The notes below the pieces were generated by a model. That model worked only from the letters and a program-made list of their open reading frames with translations, was not told the origin of the DNA and searched no databases. Shown here piece by piece: positions 1 to 12,497 of a stretch of 64,000 nucleotides of DNA (position 1 is the first letter of the stretch; every line of letters begins with the position of its first letter). A program made the translations under genes and the position numbers. This stretch comes from Shigella phage SP18, in the sequence record GQ981382. One strand, 5' to 3'.

Positions 1-1556
<1,556 letters not shown>

Positions 1557-1585
1557 AAGTAAAGCAAACTATTAGAGGACTCAAA

Positions 1586-3565
1586 ATGGCTTTATTATCC
1601 CCGGGCATTGAGCTCAAAGAAACAACGGTCCAAAGCACTGTTGTTCGTAACGCGACGGGTCGTGCGGCGCTGGTTGGTAAATTCCAGTGGGGCCCAGCTT
1701 TCCAGGTAACTCAGATTACAAACGAAGTAGAACTTGTTGATTTGTTTGGTGGCCCGAACAATATCACGGCTGACTACTTTATGAGTGGAATGAACTTCCT
1801 TCAATATGGTAATGACCTGCGTACTGTTCGTGTAGTTAACCGCGACCACGCTAAAAACGCATCCCCGGTAGCAGGGAACATTGAAAGTACAATCGCTACT
1901 GCTGGTTCTAACTATGCAGTCGGTGACGCTATCCAGGTTAAATACAACCAGACTGTTGTTGAAACTTCTGGCCGTATCACCAAGGTTGACGTTGACGGGA
2001 AAATCCTCGCGGTCTTCATTCCGTCTGACAAAATTATTTCCTTTGCAAAATCTGTAAACCAGTATCCCGCTTTAGGCTCGGCTTGGACTGCTGAAATCCT
2101 GACCACTTCTTCAGGTGTGTCTGGCACGATTACCCTCGGGAAAATTGTTACCGATTCTGGTATCCTGTTGACCGAAGCAGAAAATAGTGAAGAAGCTATT
2201 ACCTCTCTGGAATTCCAGGCTTCCCTGCAGAAATATGCAATGCCGGGTGTTGTTGCTCTTTATCCTGGTGAAATCGGTTCGACTCTCGAAGTTGAAATCG
2301 TTTCCAAAGCTGCTTATGATGCTGGCTCTTCAAAGATGCTTGACATCTATCCGAATGGCGGTTCCCGTGCTTCTGTAGCTCGTGCAGTGTTTAACTATGG
2401 CCCACAGTCTGACGACCAGTATGCAATCATCGTTCGCCGTGATGGTGATATCGTTGAAAACGTCGTTCTGTCAACTAAAGAAGGCGATAAAGACGTTTAC
2501 GGCAACAACATTTATCTGGATGACTACTTTGCAAAAGGTACTTCCAATTACATCTATGCAACTTCTCTGAACTGGCCAAAAGGTTTTGCAGGCATCATCA
2601 ATCTGATGGGCGGTATTTCTGCAAACGACCAGGTGACCGCTGGTGATTTGATGCAAGGTTGGGACCTGTTTGCTGACCGTGAAGCACTGCATATTAACCT
2701 GCTTATTGCTGGTGCTTGTGCTGGTGAAGGTGATGCGACTGCTTCCACTGTTCAGAAGCACGTAGTTTCTATCGCTGACGAACGTCAGGATTGCTTGGCA
2801 TTTATCTCTCCACCGAAAGGTCTGTTGGTTAACGTTCCCCTGACCCGCGCAGTGGATAACCTGATTGACTGGCGTACAGGTAGTGGTGCATTTGATACTG
2901 ATAACATGAATATCAGCACGACTTATGCAGCGATTGATGGCAACTATAAATATCAGTATGATAAATATAACGACGTTAACCGTTGGGTTCCTCTGGCAGC
3001 TGATATGGCTGGTCTGTGTGCTCGTACTGATGATGTTTCTCAGCCTTGGATGTCTCCGGCCGGCTATAACCGTGGTCAGATTCTGAACGTTCTGAAATTG
3101 GCAATCGAACCACGTCAGACTCAACGTGACCGCATGTATCAGGAAGCTATCAACCCGGTTGTTGGTTTCGCAGGTGGCGATGGTTTTGTTCTGTACGGTG
3201 ATAAGACTGCAACTAAAGTTCCATCTCCGATGGACCATATCAACGTTCGCCGTCTTACGAATATGCTGAAGAAAAATATCGGTGACGCATCCAAATATAA
3301 ACTGTTTGAGCTTAACGATAACTTCACTCGTGCATCATTCCGTATGGAAACTTCTCAATACTTGGATGGTATTCGTGCGCTCGGTGGCATTTATGAAGGT
3401 CGTGTAGTTTGTGATACTACTAACAACACCCCAGCGGTCATAGACCGCAATGAGTTCGTTGCTAGCATTTATTATAAGCCTGCGCGCAGCATCAACTATA
3501 TACAGCTTAATTTCGTAGCCACTAGCACTGGTGCTGATTTTGATGAGTTGATTGGGCCACAATAA
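1586..3565 (+). CDS. 18: Tail sheath protein gp18
   Basis: 659 aa, the same length as T4 gp18, with matching N-terminus (LLSPGIELKETTVQST); follows gene 17 as in T4; TATAAATA motif upstream. Confidence 0.93.
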   Translation: MALLSPGIELKETTVQSTVVRNATGRAALVGKFQWGPAFQVTQITNEVELVDLFGGPNNITADYFMSGMNFLQYGNDLRTVRVVNRDHAKNASPVAGNIESTIATAGSNYAVGDAIQVKYNQTVVETSGRITKVDVDGKILAVFIPSDKIISFAKSVNQYPALGSAWTAEILTTSSGVSGTITLGKIVTDSGILLTEAENSEEAITSLEFQASLQKYAMPGVVALYPGEIGSTLEVEIVSKAAYDAGSSKMLDIYPNGGSRASVARAVFNYGPQSDDQYAIIVRRDGDIVENVVLSTKEGDKDVYGNNIYLDDYFAKGTSNYIYATSLNWPKGFAGIINLMGGISANDQVTAGDLMQGWDLFADREALHINLLIAGACAGEGDATASTVQKHVVSIADERQDCLAFISPPKGLLVNVPLTRAVDNLIDWRTGSGAFDTDNMNISTTYAAIDGNYKYQYDKYNDVNRWVPLAADMAGLCARTDDVSQPWMSPAGYNRGQILNVLKLAIEPRQTQRDRMYQEAINPVVGFAGGDGFVLYGDKTATKVPSPMDHINVRRLTNMLKKNIGDASKYKLFELNDNFTRASFRMETSQYLDGIRALGGIYEGRVVCDTTNNTPAVIDRNEFVASIYYKPARSINYIQLNFVATSTGADFDELIGPQ

Positions 3566-3710
3566 TTATCATCGCTTAGAAAGAATTAATTAGCAGCAAA
3601 ACCGTAGAACCATTATACAGTGCTATAAATAAAAGCATAATCGGTTCTACGGGCTCCTGTGGTTGATTCTGGGAAGCCATTATCTTGAGATGATGAATCA
3701 TATTACCTAG

Positions 3711-3718
3711 TATAAATA
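3711..3718 (+). promoter_or_regulatory. Late promoter motif TATAAATA upstream of gene 19 (second copy at 3624-3631)
   Basis: Exact TATAAATA upstream of the gene 19 RBS. Confidence 0.7.
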
Positions 3719-3770
3719 CATGCATCAGGGACGCGTTCGCGCGACCTGTGTCTATAAAGAGGATTCCTTA

Positions 3771-4262
3771 ATGGAACTTACCGATATCACCAGAGCCTTC
3801 GAGTCAGGGGACTTTGCTCGCCCTAACTTGTTCGAAGTCGAAATCCCATTCCTGGGTAAAAACTTTGCTTTCCATTGTAAAGCAGCCCCGATGCCAGCTG
3901 GCATTGTAGAAAAAGTTCCGGTCGGTTACATGAACCGTAAAATCAACGTAGCGGGTGACCGTACATTTGATGACTGGACTATTACGATTTATAACGACGA
4001 TGCTCATAAAGTTCGTCAAGCAATTGTTGATTGGCAAAATCTGTGTCACGGTATGACTAACGAAATCACCGGTGCAGCTCCTGCTGATTATAAGAAAACT
4101 GCTACTGTCCGCCAGTTCCATCGTGACGGCAAGACCATTACGAAAGAAGTTGTTATTACCGGCATGTGGCCAACCAACGTTGGGGAAGTCCAGATGGATT
4201 GGGACAGTAATAATGAGATTGAGACGTTTGAAACGACGTTCGCAATTGACTGGTGGGAATAA
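3771..4262 (+). CDS. 19: Tail tube protein gp19
   Basis: 163 aa from the internal Met (MELTDITRAFESGDFARPNLFEVEI), co-linear with T4 gp19; GAGGA-type RBS and late promoter 3711-3718 upstream. The ORF-track start at 3720 lies inside the promoter. Confidence 0.9.
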   Translation: MELTDITRAFESGDFARPNLFEVEIPFLGKNFAFHCKAAPMPAGIVEKVPVGYMNRKINVAGDRTFDDWTITIYNDDAHKVRQAIVDWQNLCHGMTNEITGAAPADYKKTATVRQFHRDGKTITKEVVITGMWPTNVGEVQMDWDSNNEIETFETTFAIDWWE

Positions 4263-4263
4263 G

Positions 4264-4271
4264 TATAAATA
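4264..4271 (+). promoter_or_regulatory. Late promoter motif TATAAATA upstream of gene 20
   Basis: Exact TATAAATA in the 19-20 intergenic region, followed by a UUCG hairpin at 4280-4297. Confidence 0.7.
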
Positions 4272-4319
4272 AAGTTATTATGAGGCTTCGGCCTCATTTC
4301 CCAAACTTCGGAGACTCTA

Positions 4320-5894
4320 ATGGCAGGTTTTAACACAATACTAAATTTTCTTAAGCCTTGGGCTAAAGAAGATGAACAAGAATATAAGCAACAAGAAAAA
4401 AATAATTTAGAGTCAATGACCGGGCCGAAGTTTGATGATGGGGCTCGCGAAATTGAGTCACAAGAACAAAACGTCCCGTATAATGCATTGATGCAACAGA
4501 TGTTCGGGAGCAATGAACCTGAAGTAAAAAATACCAGGGAATTAATTGACACTTACCGCAACCTACTAAATAATTATGAAGTTGATAACGCGGTGCAAGA
4601 AATTGTGTCTGATGCTATCGTTTTTGAAGACGGTAAAGATGTTGTAGCTCTTAACCTTGATGCTACCGAATTTAGTCAGAAAATTAAAGACCGAATCCTT
4701 GAAGAATTCGCGGAAGTTAATAACCTCCTTAATTTCGAGCGTAAAGGTTCTGACCATTTTAAACGTTGGTACGTGGATTCTCGAATTTTCTTCCACAAAA
4801 TTATCAACCCATCAAAACTTAAAGATGGTGTCCAAGAACTTCGTCGTCTTGACCCAAGACAAATCCAGTTCATCCGTGAAATCGTTACACGCATGGAAAA
4901 TGGTACAAAAATTGTCGACGGTTACAGAGAATATTTTGTATACGATACGGGCCATGAAAGTTATTGTGCCGATGGTCGTATATATGAAGCAGGTACTAAA
5001 ATAAAAATTCCTCGTGCGGCAATTGTATATGCGCATTCTGGATTACTCGATTGTTGTGGCAAGAATATCATCGGATACTTGCAACGAGCAATTAAACCTG
5101 CAAACCAATTAAAACTATTAGAAGATGCTTTAGTCATTTATCGTATAACTCGTGCTCCAGACCGCCGAGTCTTTTATATCGATACCGGGAATATGCCGTC
5201 TCGTAAAGCAGCAGCACACATGCAACATATTATGAACACGATGAAAAACCGTGTCGTATATGATGCAACCACGGGTAAAATCAAAAACCAACAGCACAAC
5301 ATGTCAATGACAGAAGATTATTGGTTGCAACGTCGTGATGGTAAAGCAGTCACTGAAGTTGATACACTCCCGGGTGCGCAAGGCATGTCGGATATGGACG
5401 ATATTCGCTGGTTTAAGAACAACCTATATCAGGCTCTCCGAATTCCATTATCTCGTATTCCTAACGACCAGAACAGCGGCGTTATGTTTGATGCGGGTGC
5501 GACAATTACTCGCGATGAATTGAATTTCTCTAAATGGATTCGACAGCTACAGAATAAATTTGAAGAAGTTTTCCTCGACCCGCTTAAAACCAACCTTATC
5601 CTGAAAAAAATTATTTCAGAAGAGGAATGGGAAAAGGAACTAAATAATATTAAAGTTACGTTCAACCGTGATAGCTATTTCACCGAAATGAAAGATGCAG
5701 AAATCATGGAACGCAGAATCAATATGCTAACGATGGCTGAACCGTTTATCGGTAAATATATTTCGCATCAAACGGCTATGAAGGATTTCCTCCAGATGTC
5801 TGATGAAGAAATTAATCAAGAAGCTAAGCAAATTGAATTGGAGTCCAAAGAGGCTCGTTTCCAAAACCCTGAAGAAGAAGAAGAGGATTTCTAA
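4320..5894 (+). CDS. 20: Portal vertex protein gp20
   Basis: 524 aa, same length as T4 gp20, with conserved blocks ([47 protein letters not shown]). Confidence 0.93.
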   Translation: MAGFNTILNFLKPWAKEDEQEYKQQEKNNLESMTGPKFDDGAREIESQEQNVPYNALMQQMFGSNEPEVKNTRELIDTYRNLLNNYEVDNAVQEIVSDAIVFEDGKDVVALNLDATEFSQKIKDRILEEFAEVNNLLNFERKGSDHFKRWYVDSRIFFHKIINPSKLKDGVQELRRLDPRQIQFIREIVTRMENGTKIVDGYREYFVYDTGHESYCADGRIYEAGTKIKIPRAAIVYAHSGLLDCCGKNIIGYLQRAIKPANQLKLLEDALVIYRITRAPDRRVFYIDTGNMPSRKAAAHMQHIMNTMKNRVVYDATTGKIKNQQHNMSMTEDYWLQRRDGKAVTEVDTLPGAQGMSDMDDIRWFKNNLYQALRIPLSRIPNDQNSGVMFDAGATITRDELNFSKWIRQLQNKFEEVFLDPLKTNLILKKIISEEEWEKELNNIKVTFNRDSYFTEMKDAEIMERRINMLTMAEPFIGKYISHQTAMKDFLQMSDEEINQEAKQIELESKEARFQNPEEEEEDF

Positions 5895-6145
5895 TGGATG
5901 ATTTATTTGAAGCCATTAAATCAAACGACCTCGTAGCCGTTCGCAAATATTTTGCTGAAAACATTGGCCCAGTATGCGGTAGTTTGATTGAAGAACGTAA
6001 GATTGAAATTGCACGTTCCATCATGATTGAAGGCGAAGAGCCTAAAGAAGAAGATGAAGACGACGGTAAAGCAGAAAAGAAAGACAAAAAAGAATCTGAT
6101 GACGCTGACGAAGGCGACGACGATGAAGATGAGGACGATGAATAA
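5894..6145 (+). CDS. 67: Prohead core protein gp67
   Basis: 83 aa with acidic C-terminal tail, at the T4 gene 67 position between 20 and 68; start overlaps the gene 20 stop. Confidence 0.8.
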   Translation: MDDLFEAIKSNDLVAVRKYFAENIGPVCGSLIEERKIEIARSIMIEGEEPKEEDEDDGKAEKKDKKESDDADEGDDDEDEDDE

Positions 6146-6573
6146 TGTTTATTATCCCTGATGATTACGAATTAACTCTTGAAAACATTGAAAGTGTTTC
6201 CGAAGAAGCTCAGGGACAATTTGATTCATTATCTGAAGCCTTAGAAAAAGACGATATAAATATTATTGTAGAAAACATGTTTGCAGCCGGTGAATACGAA
6301 AAAGCAACGGTTATCGGCGCTCTGAATGAAGGTGTTCAGCTTAACGAATTTATCGTTAAACATGTATCGTCTCGCGGTGAGTTAACCCGCACAAAAGACC
6401 GAGCTACTCGTAAGCGTAATGCTTTCCAAACAACTGGTCTTTCTAAAGCTAAACGTCGTCAAATTGCCCGTCTGGCTACTAAAACGAAAAGAGCAAACCC
6501 ATCTACGCAAATCAGAGCAGAGCGCAAGCGCAAAAAAGCTCGAGCTAAGCGTAAAGCATTCGGACTTGATTAA
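6145..6573 (+). CDS. 68: Prohead core protein gp68
   Basis: 142 aa with basic C-terminus, at the T4 gene 68 position and of similar size. Confidence 0.8.
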   Translation: MFIIPDDYELTLENIESVSEEAQGQFDSLSEALEKDDINIIVENMFAAGEYEKATVIGALNEGVQLNEFIVKHVSSRGELTRTKDRATRKRNAFQTTGLSKAKRRQIARLATKTKRANPSTQIRAERKRKKARAKRKAFGLD

Positions 6574-7211
6574 TGGAACAGAAACCAGAGTTACTAATCG
6601 AACACTGGGGTCAACCGGGCGAAATTAAAGATGGTGTACCGATGTTGGAATCTCATGATGGTTCCAGCAGCGGTTTAAAGCCAGGACTTTATATTGAAGG
6701 TATTTTCCTACAAGCTGAAGTTGTTAACCGTAATAAACGACTTTATCCTAAACATATTTTGGAAAAAGCCGTTGCGGACTATATCGCCGAACAGGTTGAA
6801 ACCAAGCAGTCTCTTGGAGAATTAAACCATCCACCTCGTGCAAACGTTGACCCTATGCAGGCGGCAATTATTATCGAGGACATGTGGTGGAAAGGGAATG
6901 ATGTATATGGCCGCGCGCGTATTATCGAAGGCGACCATGGCCCAGGTGATAAACTTGCTGCGAATATAAGAGCAGGTTGGATTCCTGGTGTATCTAGTCG
7001 TGGACTTGGTTCCTTGACTAAATCAGCAAAAGGTTATAGCATCGTTAATGAAGGTTTTAAATTGACGGTTGGAGTAGATGCAGTATGGGGGCCAAGTGCT
7101 CCGGACGCTTGGGTCAAACCAAAGCAGATTACAGAATCACAAACGGCAGTTGCCGATACCAGTGCCGATGACGCCTTTATGGCTCTCGCAGAGGCTTTAA
7201 AGACGTTATAA
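6573..7211 (+). CDS. 21: Prohead core protease gp21
   Basis: 212 aa, the T4 gp21 length; conserved blocks (LNHPPRANVDPMQAA, SSRGLGS); at the T4 position. Confidence 0.9.
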   Translation: MEQKPELLIEHWGQPGEIKDGVPMLESHDGSSSGLKPGLYIEGIFLQAEVVNRNKRLYPKHILEKAVADYIAEQVETKQSLGELNHPPRANVDPMQAAIIIEDMWWKGNDVYGRARIIEGDHGPGDKLAANIRAGWIPGVSSRGLGSLTKSAKGYSIVNEGFKLTVGVDAVWGPSAPDAWVKPKQITESQTAVADTSADDAFMALAEALKTL

Positions 7212-7214
7212 ATA
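7207..7214 (+). promoter_or_regulatory. Late promoter motif TATAAATA upstream of gene 22
   Basis: Exact TATAAATA about 30 nt upstream of the gene 22 start. Confidence 0.7.
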
Positions 7215-7243
7215 AATGTATATCTTAACAACAGGACTACAAA

Positions 7244-8062
7244 ATGCTTAAAGAACAACTCATTTCTGAAGCTCAGAATATCGATGCTTCCGTTGCTCTT
7301 GATAGTATTTTCGAATCAGTTAATTTGTCCCCGGAAGCGAAAGCTACCTTCGGCACTGTATTCGAAGCTACCGTCAAGCAACACGCCATCAAACTGGCAG
7401 AATCTCACATTCACGCCATCGCTGAAAAAGCTGAAGAAGAAGTCGAAAAGAATAAAGAAGAAGCCGACGAAAAAGCAGAGAAAAAACTGAAAGAATCTGC
7501 AGCTAAATTCCTGGACCACGTTGCTAAAGAATGGCTCGCTGAAAATAAACTGGCTGTCGACCGCGGCATTAAAGCTGACCTGTTCGAATCCATGTTCACC
7601 GGCATGAAAGAACTGTTCGTTGAGCACAACGTTGTTGTTCCAGAAGAATCTGTCGATGTTGTTGCAGAAATGCAGGAAGAACTGGCTGAACAGAAAGAAG
7701 AAACCGCTAATCTGTTCGAAGAAGTTGCTAAGCGTGATGCTTATATCAATTATGTCCAACGTGAAGTTGCGTTGACTGAAGCGACTAAAGACCTGACTGA
7801 ATCCCAAAAAGAAAAAGTTGGTTCTCTGGTAGAAGGCATGGAATACTCTGATGCATTCGGTACCAAAATTGGCGCTATCGTTGAAATGGTTAAAGGTCAG
7901 GTAGAACCCACCAACAAACCAATCACCGAAGCCGCTATAAATAAAAATGTAGACGATGCTGCGGCACTGAATTACATTTCAGAAGCAGTTGAAGAAAAAG
8001 GCGCCAAGCCTACCCTGTCCTTCGCGGACTTGTCTGCTCTCGCAGCATCACGAATTTCTTAA
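7244..8062 (+). CDS. 22: Prohead core scaffold protein gp22
   Basis: 272 aa, highly acidic and Glu/Lys-rich with coiled-coil character; T4 gp22 position and size; TATAAATA at 7207-7214. Confidence 0.88.
   Translation: MLKEQLISEAQNIDASVALDSIFESVNLSPEAKATFGTVFEATVKQHAIKLAESHIHAIAEKAEEEVEKNKEEADEKAEKKLKESAAKFLDHVAKEWLAENKLAVDRGIKADLFESMFTGMKELFVEHNVVVPEESVDVVAEMQEELAEQKEETANLFEEVAKRDAYINYVQREVALTEATKDLTESQKEKVGSLVEGMEYSDAFGTKIGAIVEMVKGQVEPTNKPITEAAINKNVDDAAALNYISEAVEEKGAKPTLSFADLSALAASRIS
7936..7943 (+). promoter_or_regulatory. Late promoter motif TATAAATA inside the gene 22 3' end (for gene 23)
   Basis: Exact TATAAATA about 140 nt upstream of gene 23. Confidence 0.55.
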
Positions 8063-8083
8063 TTTAATAAGGTTATACAACAC

Positions 8084-9643
8084 ATGAAAAAGAATGCATT
8101 AGTTCAAAAATGGTCCGCTCTGTTGGAAAACGAAGCTCTTCCGGAAATCGTTGGTGCTTCTAAACAAGCTATCATCGCTAAAATCTTTGAAAACCAGGAA
8201 CAAGATATTCTGACCGCTCCTGAATACCGTGACGAAAAAATCTCCGAAGCATTTGGTTCTTTCCTGACCGAAGCTGAAATCGGTGGTGACCATGGTTATG
8301 ATGCTACCAATATCGCTGCTGGCCAGACCTCTGGTGCAGTAACTCAGATTGGGCCGGCAGTTATGGGTATGGTTCGTCGTGCTATCCCGCATCTGATTGC
8401 GTTTGATATTTGTGGCGTACAGCCTCTGAACAACCCGACTGGCCAGGTATTTGCACTGCGTGCAGTATACGGTAAAGACCCTGTCGCTGCTGGTGCTAAA
8501 GAAGCTTTCCATCCGATGTATGCTCCGAACGCTATGTTCTCTGGTCAGGGCGCTGCTCAGACTTTTGAAGCACTGGCTGCAAGCAAAGTTCTGGAAGTTG
8601 GTAAAATTTATTCTCACTTCTTCGAAGCAACCGGTTCTGCACACTTCCAGGCCGTTGAAGCTGTAACCGTTGATGCCGCTGCTACTGATGCTGCTAAACT
8701 GGATGCCGCCGTAACCGCTCTGTTGGAAGCTGGTAAGCTGGCTGAACTGGCTGAAGGTATGGCTACCTCCATCGCCGAACTGCAAGAAGGTTTTAACGGT
8801 TCCCAGGATAACCCGTGGAACGAAATGGGCTTCCGTATCGACAAACAAGTTATCGAAGCTAAATCTCGTCAGCTGAAAGCAAGCTACTCCATCGAACTGG
8901 CACAGGACCTCCGCGCTGTTCACGGTATGGATGCTGATGCCGAATTGAGTGGTATTCTGGCTACCGAAATTATGCTAGAAATCAACCGCGAAGTTATCGA
9001 TTGGATTAACTACTCCGCACAGGTTGGTAAATCTGGTATGACCAACACCGTTGGCGCTAAAGCTGGTGTGTTTGACTTCCAGGACCCGATTGATATCCGT
9101 GGTGCTCGTTGGGCTGGTGAAAGCTTCAAAGCTTTACTGTTCCAGATTGATAAAGAAGCCGCTGAAATCGCTCGTCAGACCGGTCGTGGTGCAGGTAACT
9201 TCATCATCGCTTCCCGTAACGTAGTTAACGTGCTGGCTGCTGTTGATACTTCTGTTAGTTATGCTGCTCAGGGTCTGGGTAAAGGTTTCAACGTTGACAC
9301 CACTAAAGCTGTGTTCGCCGGTGTTCTGGGTGGCAAATACCGTGTCTATATCGACCAGTATGCTCGTGCAGACTATTTCACCATCGGTTACAAAGGCGCT
9401 AACGAAATGGATGCTGGTATCTACTACGCACCATATGTTGCACTGACCCCGCTGCGTGGCTCTGACCCGAAAAACTTCCAGCCGGTTATGGGCTTCAAAA
9501 CCCGTTACGGTATCGGTATCAACCCGTTTGCTGACCCTGCTGCTCAGGCTCCGACCAAGCGCATTCAGAACGGCATGCCGGACATCGTTAACAGCCTTGG
9601 CTTGAACGGTTACTTCCGCCGCGTATATGTTAAAGGAATTTAA
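8084..9643 (+). CDS. 23: Major capsid protein gp23
   Basis: 519 aa; gp23 blocks (AIPHLIAFDICGVQP, GINPFADPAAQAP); UUCG hairpin terminator immediately downstream. Confidence 0.95.
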   Translation: MKKNALVQKWSALLENEALPEIVGASKQAIIAKIFENQEQDILTAPEYRDEKISEAFGSFLTEAEIGGDHGYDATNIAAGQTSGAVTQIGPAVMGMVRRAIPHLIAFDICGVQPLNNPTGQVFALRAVYGKDPVAAGAKEAFHPMYAPNAMFSGQGAAQTFEALAASKVLEVGKIYSHFFEATGSAHFQAVEAVTVDAAATDAAKLDAAVTALLEAGKLAELAEGMATSIAELQEGFNGSQDNPWNEMGFRIDKQVIEAKSRQLKASYSIELAQDLRAVHGMDADAELSGILATEIMLEINREVIDWINYSAQVGKSGMTNTVGAKAGVFDFQDPIDIRGARWAGESFKALLFQIDKEAAEIARQTGRGAGNFIIASRNVVNVLAAVDTSVSYAAQGLGKGFNVDTTKAVFAGVLGGKYRVYIDQYARADYFTIGYKGANEMDAGIYYAPYVALTPLRGSDPKNFQPVMGFKTRYGIGINPFADPAAQAPTKRIQNGMPDIVNSLGLNGYFRRVYVKGI

Positions 9644-9661
9644 TCCTAGATTAAGTTAAAT

Positions 9662-9690
9662 AAAAAGGGACCCTTGAGGTCCCTTTCTTG
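9662..9690 (+). terminator. Intrinsic terminator hairpin after gene 23
   Basis: GGGACCC-TTGA-GGGTCCC stem-loop followed by TTTCTT. Confidence 0.7.
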
Positions 9691-9693
9691 TTT

Positions 9694-9975
9694 TCATACC
9701 ATACCATTTAAATGAACTTCTACTCGGCGCTTGATAAGGTCTCTGAAGTTAACATTGTTTTCTTGAAGTTTCAACCAGTTACCATTTTTATCTTTAGTGT
9801 GAGTAGAATAATTACCATTCCACCAGAAATCAGTGTCATATGCTAAGTTTTCATATTTTTTAACTAGTTTGTTCAGAGCATTACCATTAACACCATTTGG
9901 GTATTTGTTAACCAAGGCAATAACTTCAATTTCCAGATTTTTAAAGGTGTTCAGAAGGAAAGTTGCTTTGTTCAT
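9694..9975 (-). CDS. Hypothetical early protein, 93 aa, at the T4 segD locus
   Basis: ORF directly downstream of a PeSL-like early promoter cassette with GGAG RBS; no recognisable endonuclease motif. Confidence 0.5.
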   Translation of the reverse strand: MNKATFLLNTFKNLEIEVIALVNKYPNGVNGNALNKLVKKYENLAYDTDFWWNGNYSTHTKDKNGNWLKLQENNVNFRDLIKRRVEVHLNGMV

Positions 9976-10046
9976 TTTTAAACTCCAGGTTTTGTTTGTT
10001 AACTCAGTATGGAATCATTATGTCTTATCTTAATCTGGTTGTAAAC
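9976..10046 (-). promoter_or_regulatory. PeSL-like early promoter-leader cassette, copy A
   Basis: Minus strand GTTTACAA, 16 nt, CATAATGATTCCATACTGAGTTA, then GGAG and ATG; shared with copies B and C. Confidence 0.7.
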
Positions 10047-10052
10047 AACTTT

Positions 10053-10060
10053 TATAAATA
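10053..10060 (+). promoter_or_regulatory. Late promoter motif TATAAATA upstream of gene 24
   Basis: Exact TATAAATA about 26 nt upstream of the gene 24 start. Confidence 0.7.
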
Positions 10061-10085
10061 AAGTATATCACAAAAGGAAATAGCA

Positions 10086-11366
10086 ATGGCTAAAATTAAC
10101 GAACTCTTAAAAGAGTCGACCACGACCACAAGTTCTTCGATTGGTCGACCGAATCTAGTAGCTTTAACCAGAGCTACGACTAAACTGATTTACACCGATT
10201 TAGTAGCACAACAGCGCACATCCCAGCCACTGGCGGCATTATACGGTCTTAAATACCTGACTCAGCAAGATGAATTATCTTTCCAGACTGGTGCAACCTA
10301 TTCCGGTGCAGTATCAGTAAAAGACCGTGCGACCATTCCGGTTTTTGTTGCTGGCGCAGTTTATGCTAAAGACGATTTGTTCCAGTTTGAAAATGTAGTT
10401 TATAAAGCGCTGGTAGCAACTCCATTTGCTGGAGCAACGGGCGATGAGTATGACCAGCTTCAAGAAGCGATGGTTAAATTGACCATCCGTATTATGTCCG
10501 AAGCTGCAATCACCGAACGTTTTGAAGGACCACAGGAAGTCGAAATTGCCGAAGCTAAATTTTTGGTTAACAAATGGAATGCTCCGGTTAAATCTCGTAA
10601 GCTGAAAAGCACTGTTACAGTGGAACTGGCCCAGGACCTGGAAGCAAACGGTTTTGACGCTCCAAACTTCCTGGAAGACCTGTTAGCTACCGAAATGGCT
10701 GATGAAATTAACAAAGATATCCTGCAATCCCTGGTAACAGTTTCCAAGCGTTATAAAGTTGCTGGGCTATGTGATGATGGCCTGATTGACCTGTCTTATA
10801 CTAACTCTCCGGAAGCTTCACGCAAGTTGTACGAAATCATGTGTGAGATGGTCTCCCATATTCAGCGGGCAACTTCTTACACCGCAACATACGTTGTTGC
10901 TTCTACGCGTGTAGCTGCAGTTTTGGCTGGTTCCGGTTGGTTGAAGCATCGTCCACAAGATGAGAAATATCTCTCCGATAATGCGTATGGTTTCTTGGAT
11001 AATGGTCTACCGCTTTATTGCGATACGAACACTCCATTTGATTATGTGACTGTTGGTGTTAAAGAAGATTTCGGTGGGAAAGAGATGGTGGGTTCACTGT
11101 TTTATGCACCTTATACCGAAGGTCTTGACCTGGAAGACCCTGAACATGTTGGTTCGTTCAAAGTTGTCGTTGACCCAGAAAGTTTGCAGCCGTCTATTGC
11201 ATTAATGGTTCGTTATGCGTTAGCAGCTAACCCTTATACAGTGACTGCTGATGATAAACAAGCTCGTATTATTGATGCAACAAATATGGATTTGATGGCA
11301 GGACGTTCAGATATGTCTGTACTGCTTGGTGTGAAACTTCCTAAAGTTCTGACTGAAATAAATTAA
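10086..11366 (+). CDS. 24: Capsid vertex protein gp24
   Basis: 426 aa; gp23-like fold paralogue at the T4 gene 24 position; late promoter 10053-10060. Confidence 0.92.
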   Translation: MAKINELLKESTTTTSSSIGRPNLVALTRATTKLIYTDLVAQQRTSQPLAALYGLKYLTQQDELSFQTGATYSGAVSVKDRATIPVFVAGAVYAKDDLFQFENVVYKALVATPFAGATGDEYDQLQEAMVKLTIRIMSEAAITERFEGPQEVEIAEAKFLVNKWNAPVKSRKLKSTVTVELAQDLEANGFDAPNFLEDLLATEMADEINKDILQSLVTVSKRYKVAGLCDDGLIDLSYTNSPEASRKLYEIMCEMVSHIQRATSYTATYVVASTRVAAVLAGSGWLKHRPQDEKYLSDNAYGFLDNGLPLYCDTNTPFDYVTVGVKEDFGGKEMVGSLFYAPYTEGLDLEDPEHVGSFKVVVDPESLQPSIALMVRYALAANPYTVTADDKQARIIDATNMDLMAGRSDMSVLLGVKLPKVLTEIN

Positions 11367-11395
11367 AAAGGGACCTTCGGGTCCCTTTATTTTTA
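11366..11395. terminator. Bidirectional terminator hairpin between gene 24 and rnlB
   Basis: AAGGGACC-TTCG-GGTCCCTT with A-run upstream and T-run downstream. Confidence 0.7.
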
Positions 11396-12400
11396 TTCAC
11401 TAACTAATGCAATCCAAACATGTCTTAATGTTTCTCTTACATTTGCGATGAGTTGCTTTTTAACTTCAACAGGATTTTCCGTCAGAGACAATTCAAGACC
11501 TTCGCGCCCCGCTTCTTCCAGAATATCTTGGACTGTTAACCCCATTACCTTTCCAAAATCCTTCGGTGTTACTTCCCCAATTTTACTGATAACATTGTTG
11601 ATACGGTTAACAGTCACATAATCAGTGAAATTCCACAGTAAATCCATATCATTTTGGCTCAGAACCACTGCAGCCTTAATAGGCTTATCAGACTTTTTCT
11701 TTTCACTGAATTTAGAGTTCTTACATTTAATCGCCACACGCTCGCCGTTAGGTAACCAGGCAGGAACATCAGGTTTTAATACAAATCCTTCAGCAGTGAA
11801 TACTTTACCTTCCACCTTTGCATCAAAATCAGTGGTATTTGCTGTAGTCAATCCTGCGTTATCCACTGTAAAATTGTAATCAGGGACCACAGAATCCAGG
11901 TCATTAGGTAGCTTAATTAATTCTTCAAAACTACCTGTAGCCAGGCGCGGGGCAACTTTAAACTTATGAATAATACAAAAGGCTTCCATAAGTGTGTCAG
12001 TCAGGACGGATTCAGAGCCATCTTCCTTAGTAACGCGGATATCAAACACATAGAAATCTTTATCGCCGTAATTCACATTCTTCTGAATACCTGTACCAGC
12101 AAACTCACCATAAATCTGATATGCCTGGTAATTAATATCCTGCAAAAGTTTCTGCACAGATTTAATAGAATCTACGTAGTTCTTTAATACAATTTCATAA
12201 CCATAGAAATCTTCTGCAGGTAGGATAGGTCCAGTGCGTTTCGCGCATGTCACATTGTCTTGTTCAATAATTAATGAAAAATTGGTACCATGAATTTTCT
12301 CGCGGGCTACCCATTCACCGCTGGTGAAGCCTTGTAGGCGAATTTTTTCAATGAATTTGTTGTTATAGTGATTTTCAAGGCTGTTATATTTCTTAAACAT
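11393..12400 (-). CDS. rnlB: RNA ligase 2 (RnlB)
   Basis: 335 aa; near-identical in remembered blocks to T4 Rnl2 ([10 protein letters not shown] lysine-adenylyl motif, [22 protein letters not shown]). Confidence 0.92.
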   Translation of the reverse strand: MFKKYNSLENHYNNKFIEKIRLQGFTSGEWVAREKIHGTNFSLIIEQDNVTCAKRTGPILPAEDFYGYEIVLKNYVDSIKSVQKLLQDINYQAYQIYGEFAGTGIQKNVNYGDKDFYVFDIRVTKEDGSESVLTDTLMEAFCIIHKFKVAPRLATGSFEELIKLPNDLDSVVPDYNFTVDNAGLTTANTTDFDAKVEGKVFTAEGFVLKPDVPAWLPNGERVAIKCKNSKFSEKKKSDKPIKAAVVLSQNDMDLLWNFTDYVTVNRINNVISKIGEVTPKDFGKVMGLTVQDILEEAGREGLELSLTENPVEVKKQLIANVRETLRHVWIALVSE

Positions 12401-12497
12401 ATTCTCTCACTTTTGATGTTATAAATATCATTATAAATTAGACCCACTATACTTTCTTTCTCTGAAAGGAATTAATAGTTGCAAAGGGTCTAGAACC

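Noticed and set aside
2471-3238. 255-aa minus-strand ORF inside gene 18
   Set aside because: Antisense shadow ORF within a confidently assigned structural gene; low-complexity, Cys-rich translation with no start context.
3720-3770. N-terminal extension of gene 19 from the ATG at 3720
   Set aside because: That ATG lies inside or directly after the TATAAATA late promoter; T4 gp19 aligns from the Met at 3771.
7316-8923. Minus-strand ORFs (163 and 274 aa) inside genes 22 and 23
   Set aside because: Shadow frames of highly expressed capsid genes; Phe/Ser-rich nonsense-like composition mirroring the sense-strand codon bias.
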